A DNA stretch of 64,000 nucleotides, taken from NCBI RefSeq assembly GCF_009914755.1, contig NC_060935.1. One strand, written 5' to 3'. Positions 40,973 to 52,259 of this stretch are shown here, piece by piece (the stretch's first letter is position 1; each line of letters starts with the position of its first letter). The notes under the pieces are model-generated. The model saw only the letters and a list, made by a program, of their open reading frames with translations. It searched no databases and was not told where the DNA came from. The translations under genes and the position numbers were made by a program. Source of the DNA: the human T2T-CHM13v2.0 reference genome, Homo sapiens.

Positions 40973-42992
40973 ATGGGGAACCAGGTCTCAATACCTAAAG
41001 AGAGCCCACTAAGGTACTTCCTCTGACATTGGAAACTGTTTGGGTATCTACCCATGACCAAAATGCAAATGATATTTTAATGTAATGCAGCATGGCCCCA
41101 CTACTCCCTAAGAGATTAGGAGAGATGGGCTGAACATGGATCGCTCACTTATGATGTAATTTTCCAATCGGATTTATTTTGCAAGAAACAAGGCAAGTAG
41201 GATGAAATGCCCTTTGTACAATGTTTATGGCCTTCTATATAAACCCAGCCCTGCAGAAGAAATATGAGGCATGGAAATTGGCCAAAGGGCCAAAGAGAAC
41301 TATGTTGCCAATTCTAGGCACCCCTGGAGAGGAAAAAACAGTCATGTGGGGACCTGTAGGGAAGGTAACAGGAAGAAGGAATGTCTCTACTTCCCTCCAA
41401 GAGAAGAAGCGAGGCCCTCTAACCCCACTCAAGGACTGGAACTTTTGCCAATAGAGAGAAGAAATAGTCCCCCTTCTTCCTCAGGAATTGAATGCTCAGT
41501 GGCTCCACAGGAAAGCAAGCATCCTCCTCCATACTTGCTGTATTAATCTGTTCTCACGCTGCTGATAAAGACATACCCCAGACTCAGTAGTTTATAAAGA
41601 AAAAGAGGTTTAATGGACACACAGTTCCACATGGCTGGAGAGGCATCACAATCATGGTGGAAGGCAAAAGGCACATTTTACATGGCACAGGCAGGACAGA
41701 GAATATGAGAGTCAGGCAAAAGGGGCAACCCCTTATAAAGCCATCAGATCTCATGAGACTTATTTGCTACCATGAGAACAGTATGGGGGAAACCACTCTC
41801 ATGATTCAATTATCTCCCAGTGGGTCCCTCCTACAACACATGGGAATTATGAGAACTTCAATTCAAGATGAGATTTGGGTGGGGACACAGCCAAACCGAA
41901 TCACTTGCTGGGCCCTCCAAACTCTGAGGAGTTGACTGTAGCTCCTACTATGGCAAGAGCAGCCCTCCTCCATTTTACCCCTCCCTGTCTGGGAGCACCA
42001 CTCATAGTGGGAATACATATAACCCTAAAGGGGGCTGTTCCCCCTCAGGCAGGTGCCTGATGGACATACAGGTTTTGCTTGGGTCTGTGTGCCTTTTACA
42101 ACTGCTGACTTGTATAACTGGAAATTCCATACTAAGGTCTTACGGGTGAGCCCAGAAGAGTTCATAATTCTCATAAGTGGAATATTCTCCACACATAACC
42201 CCAAGTGGCCAGACATGCAGACCTTAATGGCAACCCTGCATGGGAGAAGGGAAATCTGCCATCATAGCCAAAGCCAAGGAGGAGGCAGACAAGATGTGTG
42301 CTGATAACCATGGTCACAAAATCTACTGGGCTGCTAAAGTGTCATTCCCAAGAGCCAATCCTCACCGAGTCCCAGTGGTAATAGGGATCAAAAGCAGCTA
42401 GATTATTATAGGAATATGCTGCTTACATTAGCCAGCCCCTGGTCAATTGGGGAAACTCTGGGAAATAGAACAAGGCCCTAATGAAAATCCATCAGTATTC
42501 CTAAAGATACTACGAGAATGGCTCCAGGATTACACCCTTTGGAAACCAGAGGACCCTGAAAAGCTGAGTAGTGCTTGGTTCCCAATTCATCTCTCAGAGT
42601 ACCCTAGATATTCAGAGGAAACTCCAAAACTGGTGATAAATCCAGGCACTCTCCCTTCCCAACTGATAGACATTGCCTTCAAGATCAACAAAAATAGAGA
42701 TGTGGCATCTGACAAAAGGGAGGACAAGAAGATGGAGAGACAGGCTCATTTTCTGGCAGTAGCCCTACAGACTACTTCAGGTGAACCAGGAGGAAGGAAG
42801 AAGAAAGCATGGATAAGTAAGCAGAGACCCCGCCATGGGACTCAGAGGGTGCCTAAGCTGGGACCCACACAATGTGCTTACTGCAAGCAGGAGGGACACT
42901 GGAAAAGGAAGTGTCCAGATCCTCCCCGGAGGGGGAAGAAAGAGGACAAACCCGAGCACCAGTTCCCTGTAAATGGAGAGAAAACTGACTAA
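40973..42992 (+). pseudogene. gag: Decayed gammaretrovirus-like gag (MA, PPPY late domain, CA MHR, NC zinc knuckle)
   Basis: MGNQVS myristoylation motif at 40973; 'CNAAWPHY..W..GSL..DLFCKKQGK' matrix motif; HPPPY at ~41520; EQGPNENPSVFL (MHR); CAYCKQEGHWKRKC. Stops and a THE1 insertion disrupt it. Confidence 0.9.
41539..41903 (-). mobile_element. THE1-type LTR inserted in gag
   Basis: tgtattaatctgttctcacgctgctgataaagacatacc...ccaaaccgaatca; perfect 5-bp TSD cttgc. Confidence 0.93.
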
Positions 42993-43967
42993 CAGGGTCC
43001 TGGGGCTCCCCGCCTGGATCATCAAGATCCACATCTCCCTCAAGAATCCCTGGGTAACCCTAGAAGTAGGGGGACAGCCAGTTGAGTTCTTGACACTGGG
43101 GCTACATTTTCTATGTCTCACTAAAAGGGGACCCCTCTCCAAGAGGGAATATAATATAAAAGTATGTCTGCTAAAAGAAATTCTAAGATTCCTGGAGCCT
43201 CTGGTCTGTGAAGGGGATCTAAGTCTTTGACTCATTTCTTCCTCTGTGTCCCTCAATGCCCCATTCTCCTTTTGGGAAAGGTCCTTCTGACTAAGTTTGG
43301 GGCTATAATTGCTCTAAATCAGGACAGGATATGGTGGAGTTTCTCTGGGCCCATGGTGCCACCATGTTGGCCCTGGTTCATGGGGAAGTTCTGGACACAG
43401 AGGAGATTCCTTTAGAAATTGAGAGCCAAGTTAACCCTGTGGTGTAAGCTCAGGAAGAGGTCAGAGGAGCAAAAACGGCTAGGCCAGTGGCATCAGTACG
43501 ATTGAAGGAACCAGAACTGAGACGCAGGGCTAAGCAATACCCAGTGAGGTCTGAGGCACTGAGAAGAATTCTACTGGTGCTCCATCACCTCCTGGAGCAA
43601 GGTGTAATCTATGTTTGTCAGTTTCCCTATATCTTGCCAGTCAAAAAGCCAAGAACTGAAGAATACTGGTTTGTTCAAGAATATTGGTTTGTTCAAGATA
43701 TTCACCCAGTTGTACCCAATCCTTATAACATTATGATTAACCTTCCAGGAGAAAGCAAATTGTATACCATGCTAGATCTTCAGGACACCTTTTTCTGTGT
43801 CCTCCTGAGCCCAGAATCCCAGGAGTTGTCTGCCTTTGAATGGGAAGATGCTGAGTCCCATCAAAGGCAACAATATTGCTGGACAGCCTTGCCTCAGGGA
43901 TTCAAGAACTCTCCCACTATTTTGGGTAGTGTGTTAAGTAAATACTTGAGATATTTATATTTAGAAA

Positions 43968-44080
43968 AGGGTGCTGAGTGCAGAAGCTCACACCTGTAAT
44001 CCTAGTACTTTGGGAGGCCAAAACGGGAGGATCACTTGAGCCCAGGGGTTTGAGACCAGCCTGGGAAACACAGAGAAAAC
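43968..44080 (+). mobile_element. Alu left monomer (FLAM-like) at an RT deletion junction
   Basis: gctcacacctgtaatcctagtactttgggaggcc...ttgagcccaggggtttgagaccagcctggg. Confidence 0.8.
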
Positions 44081-44326
44081 ATAGGGAAAACATAGAAAGC
44101 GAACCCCTTCAGAACTCTAAGAGGTCTGGTTTGTAGACAGGAGTAGTTTCATAACAATGGGCCAGCAAAAAGCAGTGTGTGCAGTGGTGTGCTTACTTGG
44201 GCTTAAGCAGGCTAACAGCCTACCTCCCAGGACATTGGCCCAGAAGGCTGAGATTATTATCTCAGCCTGACCGAAGCCTTGTCCTTAGGGCTAGGCAAGG
44301 CCATCACTCTCTACACAGACTCTAAG

Positions 44327-44703
44327 TGTATTAGCCCGTTCTCACGCTGCTATAAGGACATACCTGAGACTGAGTAATTTATAAAGAAAAGAGATTTAAT
44401 TGACACTCACAGTTCCACAAGGCTGGGAAGGCCTAAGGAAACTTACAATCATGGCAGAAAGGGAAGCAAACACATCCTTCTTCACATGGCAGCAGCAAGG
44501 ATAAGTGCAGAGTGAAGAGGGGTAAATCCCCTTATAAAACCATCAGATCTCATGAGAACTCACCCACTATCATGAGAACAGCATGGAGGCAACCGTCTCC
44601 AAGATTCAATTGCCTCCCACTGGATCCCTCCCATGACAGATGGGAATTATGGGAACTACAGTTCAAGATGAGATTTGGGTGGGGACACAGCCAAACCATG
44701 TCA
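44327..44703 (-). mobile_element. THE1-type LTR inserted in RNase H
   Basis: tgtattagcccgttctcacgctgctataaggacatacc...ccaaaccatgtca splits YTDSK/YAF. Confidence 0.92.
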
Positions 44704-44939
44704 TTTATGCCTTCTATGTACTCCACGCCCATGGGGCAATTTGGAAAGAAAGAGGCCTCCTGACTGCAGGCAATAAGTAGATTAAGCATCCAAAAGAAAT
44801 ATTACAGTTGTTACAGGCAGCACTGGTCAGCATGAGGAAGTTACAGAAGAATGACCTCTGACTCAGACCCCTGAAGAATGAGGATGACATATCTCTAGGG
44901 GGAAGATCTCAACTCGGGAAGATCTGTAGGGGAAAGATT

Positions 44940-45454
44940 TATAAGCAGACAGGGAGGGTCTCCAGGAATAACAGGAATTTAATCAACCACCCATCAGCTT
45001 GGTTTACCGCCTCCTGCCCTGCAGCCTGTTCTTCCCCAAACCCTGGGTGGAATGCAGTCACCTTGTTGGTTTAAACCAGCTCCCCAACGGAGCAGCAACA
45101 CAGCAACATAGATGAACTCGAGTGAACTTTCTCATGACCACGCTAAAGTCTCCACCCTAGGTGGAGCTGTAGCTTCATTACCATAACATGCAACCTACGT
45201 GTTGACATGATGACTCTCTGCATCTACGCAACTAGGACCCCTCCTCGACATGCAATGACCCCCGTCTTCCCTCTCCACCACCCCATAAAGCCCTACTGTC
45301 ACTTTCCCTCAGAGAGATGCTGCTTTGGAGAATACTCCCAGTGTCATCCTTACTTGTGCCAAGAAATAAAACTCCTATAGATCAAAACCTGTGTTCTCGT
45401 GGGGAGTTGTTTGTTATTCACCAGGTAAGAAACCCTGGTATTTTTCGGGTAACA
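44940..45454 (+). mobile_element. 3' LTR of the ERV, preceded by a polypurine tract
   Basis: PPT aggggaaagat at ~44928-44938; direct repeat of 39088-39597; ends gtaaca. Confidence 0.92.
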
Positions 45455-45829
45455 AATCTGGTAAAGCCAGGTGGGACAAAGCCAGGTGGAACTGTAGACT
45501 GAGCTCCAACTCAACCTCCCTTATCGGCTGCTAACAGGTGAGGCAGTGAGCTGAGGAAACACGCTCAGGCTAACAGGTGTGTTGCCGAAAGGGAAATAGG
45601 AGAAGGGCCTCAGTACGCTCCCACCTGGTCATGAGTCTGCCACCTGGTATTTTTCGGGTAACACCTTCAGTCATGTCCCCATCTCTGGCCCAATCAGGGA
45701 GGCCAGGCAGATGGCGTTTATCATTCCCCAGGCCAGGGGTGGTACTGAATTGGCAGCCTCATCAGGACCACACTGAAAGAAAACGGCACTGCCCTCCAAG
45801 TAAGAGGGTGCTGTTTTATGTAAAGGAGG

Positions 45830-46357
45830 TGTTGGGGATCAGAAACAAAACCCCCAAAATATGATACTTTGACATAATCAACTGAAGAAGCTTCAAGGTC
45901 TCTCTGACCTTCCCCCCGAACCTCATAATCTCTCCCAAAGAAGCTGAAGTTCCTTTATCTCCCTAGGATCCAGACCTATCAAGGAGAACAATTGTTTTTT
46001 TTTCCCCTCCCTGAAATACCAAGAACATAACCACACCTAAACAGACCCTTTCACTGTCAAAGACAACTATTTACAAGTGAGTTTCTGTTCCACTAATGAG
46101 TGGATTACTAGGGATCCACTCATTCTCCATAATAATCCTTTATTGCCCCTCTTCTCCTCCCACCTCTCATAACCTGTGTTGCCAGGAAGGCATATAAGTT
46201 TCTGAACCCTGTTGAAGGACAGGCAATCACTGTGATTTTCCCCATGCACCCGTTAAGTAAGTTTATATGCTTTTTTTTCCCAATTAATCTGTCTTTTTTG
46301 AGTTGATTTTTTCCAAACCTTCAGAGGGTGAAGGGGAAGTTTCCCTTGGTCCTTACA
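45830..46357 (+). mobile_element. MER34/MER39-group solo LTR
   Basis: tgttggggatcagaaac...cagagggtgaaggggaagtttcccttggtccttaca; 4-bp TSD gagg. Confidence 0.85.
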
Positions 46358-49300
46358 GAGGAAAGGGATGCTGGAAAAATGAAAGCTAGAATCCCTTGAT
46401 CAGTAGGATTTTCCAGGGGAGTCTCAGACCCAGAGTAATAGCTAACTCCAAGGCTACCATTATGAAGGGGCCGGGCTCTGCAAAGGGAAAAAGGGAGAAT
46501 GAACAGTCGTAAGATGACTGCTGTTTCTAAGGGCCTGTCCTTGTTGGTACACACTGCTTGGTCTAATTTTGAAACTATATCATCCTCATTTTACAGATGA
46601 AGAAACAGACGATCAGGACAGTTAAGTAATTTGCCCAAAGTCATACAGCTAGTAAATACTAGAGCTGGTAGAGGGAGGCACAGGTCTCCATCCTCCGACA
46701 GGGAGGAAAGGTTTAATTTCAGGTGCCCTCACTTAGCGTACCTCACTGTCAAAGCCTTAAAAATATTTTTATGACCCTTCAACCAGATTTTCTTTGGATG
46801 CTTTCCAAAGCTCAAATGAAGCAACATATCTTCCCTTTCATCTCTGATTTTTGGAGGGCAGCATGTGCTATTTCAATGTCCCTGGACAGACACAGAAAAA
46901 GATATGGAAATGGGGCAGAAGCTAGTGTTGTCTACACTGCCCAAAGAGTCACTGGGTCTCCAACCACATTAACCAGCATTCAGCCTGGCTGTTGAGTGTC
47001 CCCTGTTCACACATCTTGTGCAACAAATAGCATGGATGTTGCAGAGTCAGCACATCAAGTGGAAGCAAGAGGATGGAGTCTGTCTTACCTTGTCCCTAAT
47101 TCCTGTCTCTGACACCTGTGAGCTGTCCTCTAACAAGTAACTTAACCTCCATTAGCCTCAGTTTCCTACTCTGTAAAATGGGAAAATCATACCTCTTTTA
47201 AAGATGCACCAAACAGATATTATTATCCCCATTCTACTTGTTCTACCCACAATTCCTGTCCCTTCTGGCCACAGAAAAGAAGGGACATATTCCTGACTCG
47301 AGGGTAGAAAACCCACTGGCCGATAAGAAACCACTGACATTGTATAGGGAATGTCAACTAAGGAGTGGAGAGTCCACCAGCCAGTGGCAGACACTTCAGG
47401 TGCAAGGGCCTGGGTGAAGGGGGTTGGAAGGGCTATTTGGGTTCAAGCACAAAACAAATGAGTAGAGGAAGCCAGTGAAGAAAAAAGAGAGCTGGGAGGA
47501 AAACAGATGCCAGAGAGAGAAAAGCAGAATGAGAACAGTAACGTGGCTCCTGAACAACAGAGAAAGAGCATGAAAGAGCCTGCTATTGGTTCCTTCTTCC
47601 TTAGCTTGTGTGAGATCACAGTCTCCATTTCATCTGAGCCAGCCTGAGGAAGTTTCCATTCCTTATGTCAGAACAATGCAACACAAAACACTGAGGGGGC
47701 AAAAAGACCATTGGGAGAGTTATCTTCCTGACACATAGTAGGTGCTCAATAAAAATCCTCACAGTTCTCTTCCTAAACTTGATTGAGGATAAAACACACT
47801 CAAACTAGCCCCATGTGACTACAAGCCAAGTCTGTATTTGAATCACTTTCCTTCTACACTTCTATTCCAAAAACCGTGGCCAAACTATGTGAGATATACT
47901 GCATAATTAGTGCGTACCTCTTAGCCTTGCCTAATTACCTCTTTTATCAATTAAAAATATTTTCCCATTAAGGAGAGGAGTTGAGAGGGAGAATGGAGTC
48001 ACTTCCCTATTTCTAAAGCCTCTGAAAAATCCAGCAAGATAATGTCACCGATTTGGTTAATTTCAGGTGCACATCGGGCTATTCAACCTAGGTGAATTTA
48101 ATGACTCAGGACAGGTCGGGCGATGAATGTCCCTGTAAATCATTTATAATTGCAAACATAAAAATTAAAAATCAGTCTGAAGAGCAAGATAACGTAATGG
48201 TAATGACAAAGAGCAGTAATCTGAAGATAGCGGCTCCTTGCTTTAATCAGGCCCATTCGAATGACAGAGCGCTCAGCCTCTGGGGGATTGTTCTGGAAAC
48301 AAAAGGCTGGGAACCTACTTCAGTCTTTAATGACTCACTACGATAAAAGAAATTAACTGAATTTTCATATTATAATTATAAAACTTAATAGGGAATTTTT
48401 TCCTCTTCATACTCTTTATTTTTCTTCTAGTTGAGATAAACCAACAGACAGCCTATTCTCCTTACAAGGATGACTTTAAAGGCCAGTGATGTTCAGCCAT
48501 GTCACACTGAAAGTCCAGCTAATAAATTATGTCCAAAAAGAGGCGCTGCCAGTGCTATAAAAGATAGTTTCTGGAGGCTTTGAGAAATTTTAAAAAGTCC
48601 TTACCTTATTTTCAGTGTGTATATGATACTGTAGCCCTCCAAGTCAGCCAGATCAAGAAGCAGATAAGCAATAAAGCATCAAATTCTTCTCTCCGGTGCT
48701 TGTGAACCACAAATTGAACATTCTCCTTCCCTTGCCTTTTCTGCCTGGTAGACATTTAGTCATAGTTCCAGGTCTAATTTAGGTGGAACTTCCTTTAGGA
48801 AGCTTTCTCTGATTACCACCCTTCCTTCCTCTTTTCCCAGAACTTCCCCCTTCCTGGCGGCTCATTCTCTCTTCTGGGTTTCCTCTGAACCCTAAACACA
48901 GACCTAATCCTGGACTTATCACACTGTGTGTCTTACTGTCACAGGAGTAGGATAATTGCATTCTCTCCTACAAAGCTATCATTCTTTTGAGGAGAGACTA
49001 TGTAGGAATCATGACCAACCGACCCTCCAAACACATGCCACATTGTGGGCATTGAATAAATATTTGTTGGCTGATTGAGATCTATCTTAATTCCAGGTTT
49101 AACCTGGGAGAAAAAAGTGAGGGCAGAGTCAAGAAAATACCAAGCCTTTAGCACTGAAGAATAAAAAATACAAAGAGAGATAAGGGGTAGGGGCAGTCAG
49201 TACATAAGCTTCCTTAAATAGACACACAAATACACAATTCTTGCTCTTGATAATAAGAAAATAAACATGGGGTATTTTCTCTGGAGCTTTTAAATATTTC

Positions 49301-50294
49301 CAAGAGCCCTTGATAAAATTACAGTATTTTCCTGAGCAGCTGGGGTGACATTGCTCCATATAATTTCTTCTCCACGTGAATTGTATTGTGACATGAATGA
49401 GTAAGAATTTTTCAGTTGCAAGCAACAGAAACTGACTTCAGTCAACTTAAGGGCAGGGGGAAAGTCAGAGGTAGATTTTGTAGTTAGAACATAAAAGCAT
49501 CTCACTAAACCGAAGGACAGGAATGTGGCTGGGAAGCAGGAAGAGCTGGAACTGGGAACTGGGAAGTTATCTCTTCAACAGGAGTTTCCTCTCTCTATTC
49601 CATAGATCATATTTCCTTGAGTCTCTCTCACCCTCTGTGCCAACCTTAGTGAACATCAGAATCCCCCAGAGGGCTTGGTAACCTGCAGGTCGCTGGACAC
49701 CTCCTCCAAGTTTCTGAATCTGTAAGTCTGGGTGGGAACTGAGAATGTGTGTTTCTGACCAGCTCCCAGTGATGCTACTGCTACTGATCTGGGCACCAAA
49801 TTTGAGAACAATTTCTCTATATCAGCTAGTGTACAGGGCAGGAAGAAGGTCAATGGAGCTGCCACATTTGCAGGTCACAGTCATAGCCACCAAGAGAGAC
49901 TCAACCTGGTCCCACTTTCAGCTTCCTGGGAGACAGAACTCATTGCCCCAAGTGGACTAAGAATCTACCCTGGGCCCATCAGCTCTGGCTAGACACATGG
50001 CTGCCCCCTGAGCACACTGAGCCATTCCCAGGGAACAGGAGCTGGGCAAGCCACCCAATGTGACTGCCATGAGACTCAAAGGAGTCTTGCATTTTTACTG
50101 GACTAGTGGAAGCCCAGGTACCTTTAAGACAGCAGAAGCTCAGAGTTCAGGAAACTCCCTCTCACCTGAAACAAAACTCAGAACTACTCCCATCTCTGCA
50201 AACAGCAGCTCCTGTCAAATGTGTGAGGGCAGGAAAGAAGTAGGGCTTCCTTCCCATGTGACACTGCGGCAGAGGGTTGAAGAACTTGGTCTGC

Positions 50295-50520
50295 AGCAGT
50301 GGTTCTTAAGCAGGGGTGATTCTGCCCCCTAGGGACACTTGGACATTTCTGGAGACAGTTTTAATTTTCACAACTTGGAGGTGAGGAGTAGGGCTGCTAC
50401 TGGCATCTAATGGATAGAGACCAAAGATGCGGGTAAACATCCTACAATGCACAGGACAAGCCCCATAACAAAGACTTCTCCAGCCCAAAATGTCAATAGG
50501 GCCAAGACTGAGAAATTCTG
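50295..50520. mobile_element. MER20 (hAT-Charlie); a second copy at ~53190-53400
   Basis: cagtggttcttaagcaggggtgattctgccccctagggacacttggacatttctggagacag...aaacatcctacaatgcacaggac. Confidence 0.85.
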
Positions 50521-51948
50521 GTTGAGAGCCTAAGAGATCCTCAAAAAAAGAAAAGTTATGGTCTTCTCCTCCACAGCATGGGTGACATTGTTCCACATAG
50601 TTGAATCCCAGTCCCACCCACTGAGTTAGAGCCCTACACGGCTGCTTACTGGCTGTGGGAACTCAGGCAAGCCACAATCCCTCTAAGCCTTAGCTTCCAC
50701 ATATGTAATATGGGACACTAGGGCTGTTGGAGGGAATTTAATGAATTAATAGCCATAAAGAACTTAGCCCAATGCCTGACACACAGTAAGCACTCCATAC
50801 ACAATAGTTATGTATCAATGTTATTACTGTTGTTATTATTATTATGTATTTGTGATTGGACTCATGGAGGAACTCTGACATTCCTCCCTGACTTGGGATA
50901 GATAGCTCAATGAATTCAGGAATTATTGTGAGGGTGGGAAAAAAGGAGGCTAAACTCTCATGGAAAAGAATAAACGGGGTGGCAGTGGGGTTGGGAGGAG
51001 CCACTCATCTTAAAGAAAGGAGACACTAGAACCTGCATGTGGCATCATTCTGCATCCTCTTTCCCTTTCACAGCAAAGTGTTTTTACGTTGGCACTTTTC
51101 ATACTGAATTAGGGAAAGTAAATATTAATAGGAGATGATACTAATCACCCATGACAGAAAATTCCCACTCTGATCAAACTTTCATAACACATTAGGAGCA
51201 AAAAGCCCTCTCCTGCCTCTTACAGGCCAATCTCCATGTTGCCCATACGCGATGGCAATCACAAGCGTCTGTCCATCTGCAAAGGCTCCTTAACACAGGC
51301 CAATGACAACATGCAAACCGAGATTGCACTGCAAATGCTCACTGCCCAAGTGCCAAGGCCAGCCTCCATCACACGGTCAGTGGTAACCGTAGTGTCCTTG
51401 ATGCTCCTGAATGCGGGCACAAAGCTCTGCCTATCCAGGGGAATCACTGTATCTTGGCATTTTAGAGTTAAAAAGACCTTGGAAATCTTTCAGACCAATT
51501 CACTCACATTTAAGCTATCAGTTCATGGAAGGGACTAAGTAAATTTATTTAACCACAAGGTACTAAATCTTCTGTAGGAACCAGACATTAGGTGGAGCAG
51601 CGGAATAATCTGAAGGTCTTTCACTTCTAATGCAATTGTGGTAGACAGCCCTTTAGGAGAGTTCTGGGCCAATATCTAGCTGGACTTTGTCACATTTTAT
51701 TTTTTAGTTTGCTTTGATTCAATTTGATAGTCTCTGTCATTTAATTGATTAGTTATATTTCTTGAGATACTGAATTATTTCTGCCATCTTATTTTGTGTG
51801 TTTCTGTTGGTTATCCACTTCTTGACTTCTTTCCCCTCATTTTCTGGCTTCTTTTAGATTGACAAAGTTTTCTATAATTTTTCTTGTTTACATTGTTAGT
51901 TTGGAAGGTATAGAGTGTATTTCTAGTCTTCTAATGGCCATCCTTAAT

Positions 51949-52259
51949 CTTTTTTTTTTTTTTGTCTCAAAAAAATGAGACAGCATCTTGCTCTGTTGCC
52001 CAGGCTGGAGTGCAGTGGTGTGATCACGGCTCACTGTAGCTTTGACCTCCTGGGCTCAAGCAATCCTCCTTCCTCAGCCTCCTGAGAAGCTGGGGCTACA
52101 CCTACATGCCACTACTTCGAGCTAATTTTTTAAAAAAGTTTTGGTAGAGCCATGGTCTCACTATGTTGCCCAGGTTGGTCTCAAACTCCTGAGCTCAAGC
52201 TATCTTCCTGCTTCCTCCCACAGTGCTGAGATTACAGATGTGAGCCACCACATTCTGCC
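51949..52259 (-). mobile_element. AluJ within decayed antisense L1M (51690-52990)
   Basis: Antisense Alu with ctcctgggctcaagcaatcctcc. Confidence 0.9.

Larger units (their letters stand above)
42993..44830 (+). pseudogene. pol: Decayed pro-pol (protease, RT N-terminal half, RNase H); integrase and env not seen
   Basis: Frameshifted FL-DTGA protease motif at ~43085; RT ORF 43487 with PILPVKKP, HPVVPNPY, LDLQDTFF, WTALPQGFKNSPT; RNase H 'VDRSS...AQKAEI...YTDSK|YAF'. Confidence 0.9.

Noticed and set aside
48530-48550. CTCF-like motif ccaaaaagaggcgc
   Set aside because: It mismatches core positions of the consensus and is too weak to call.
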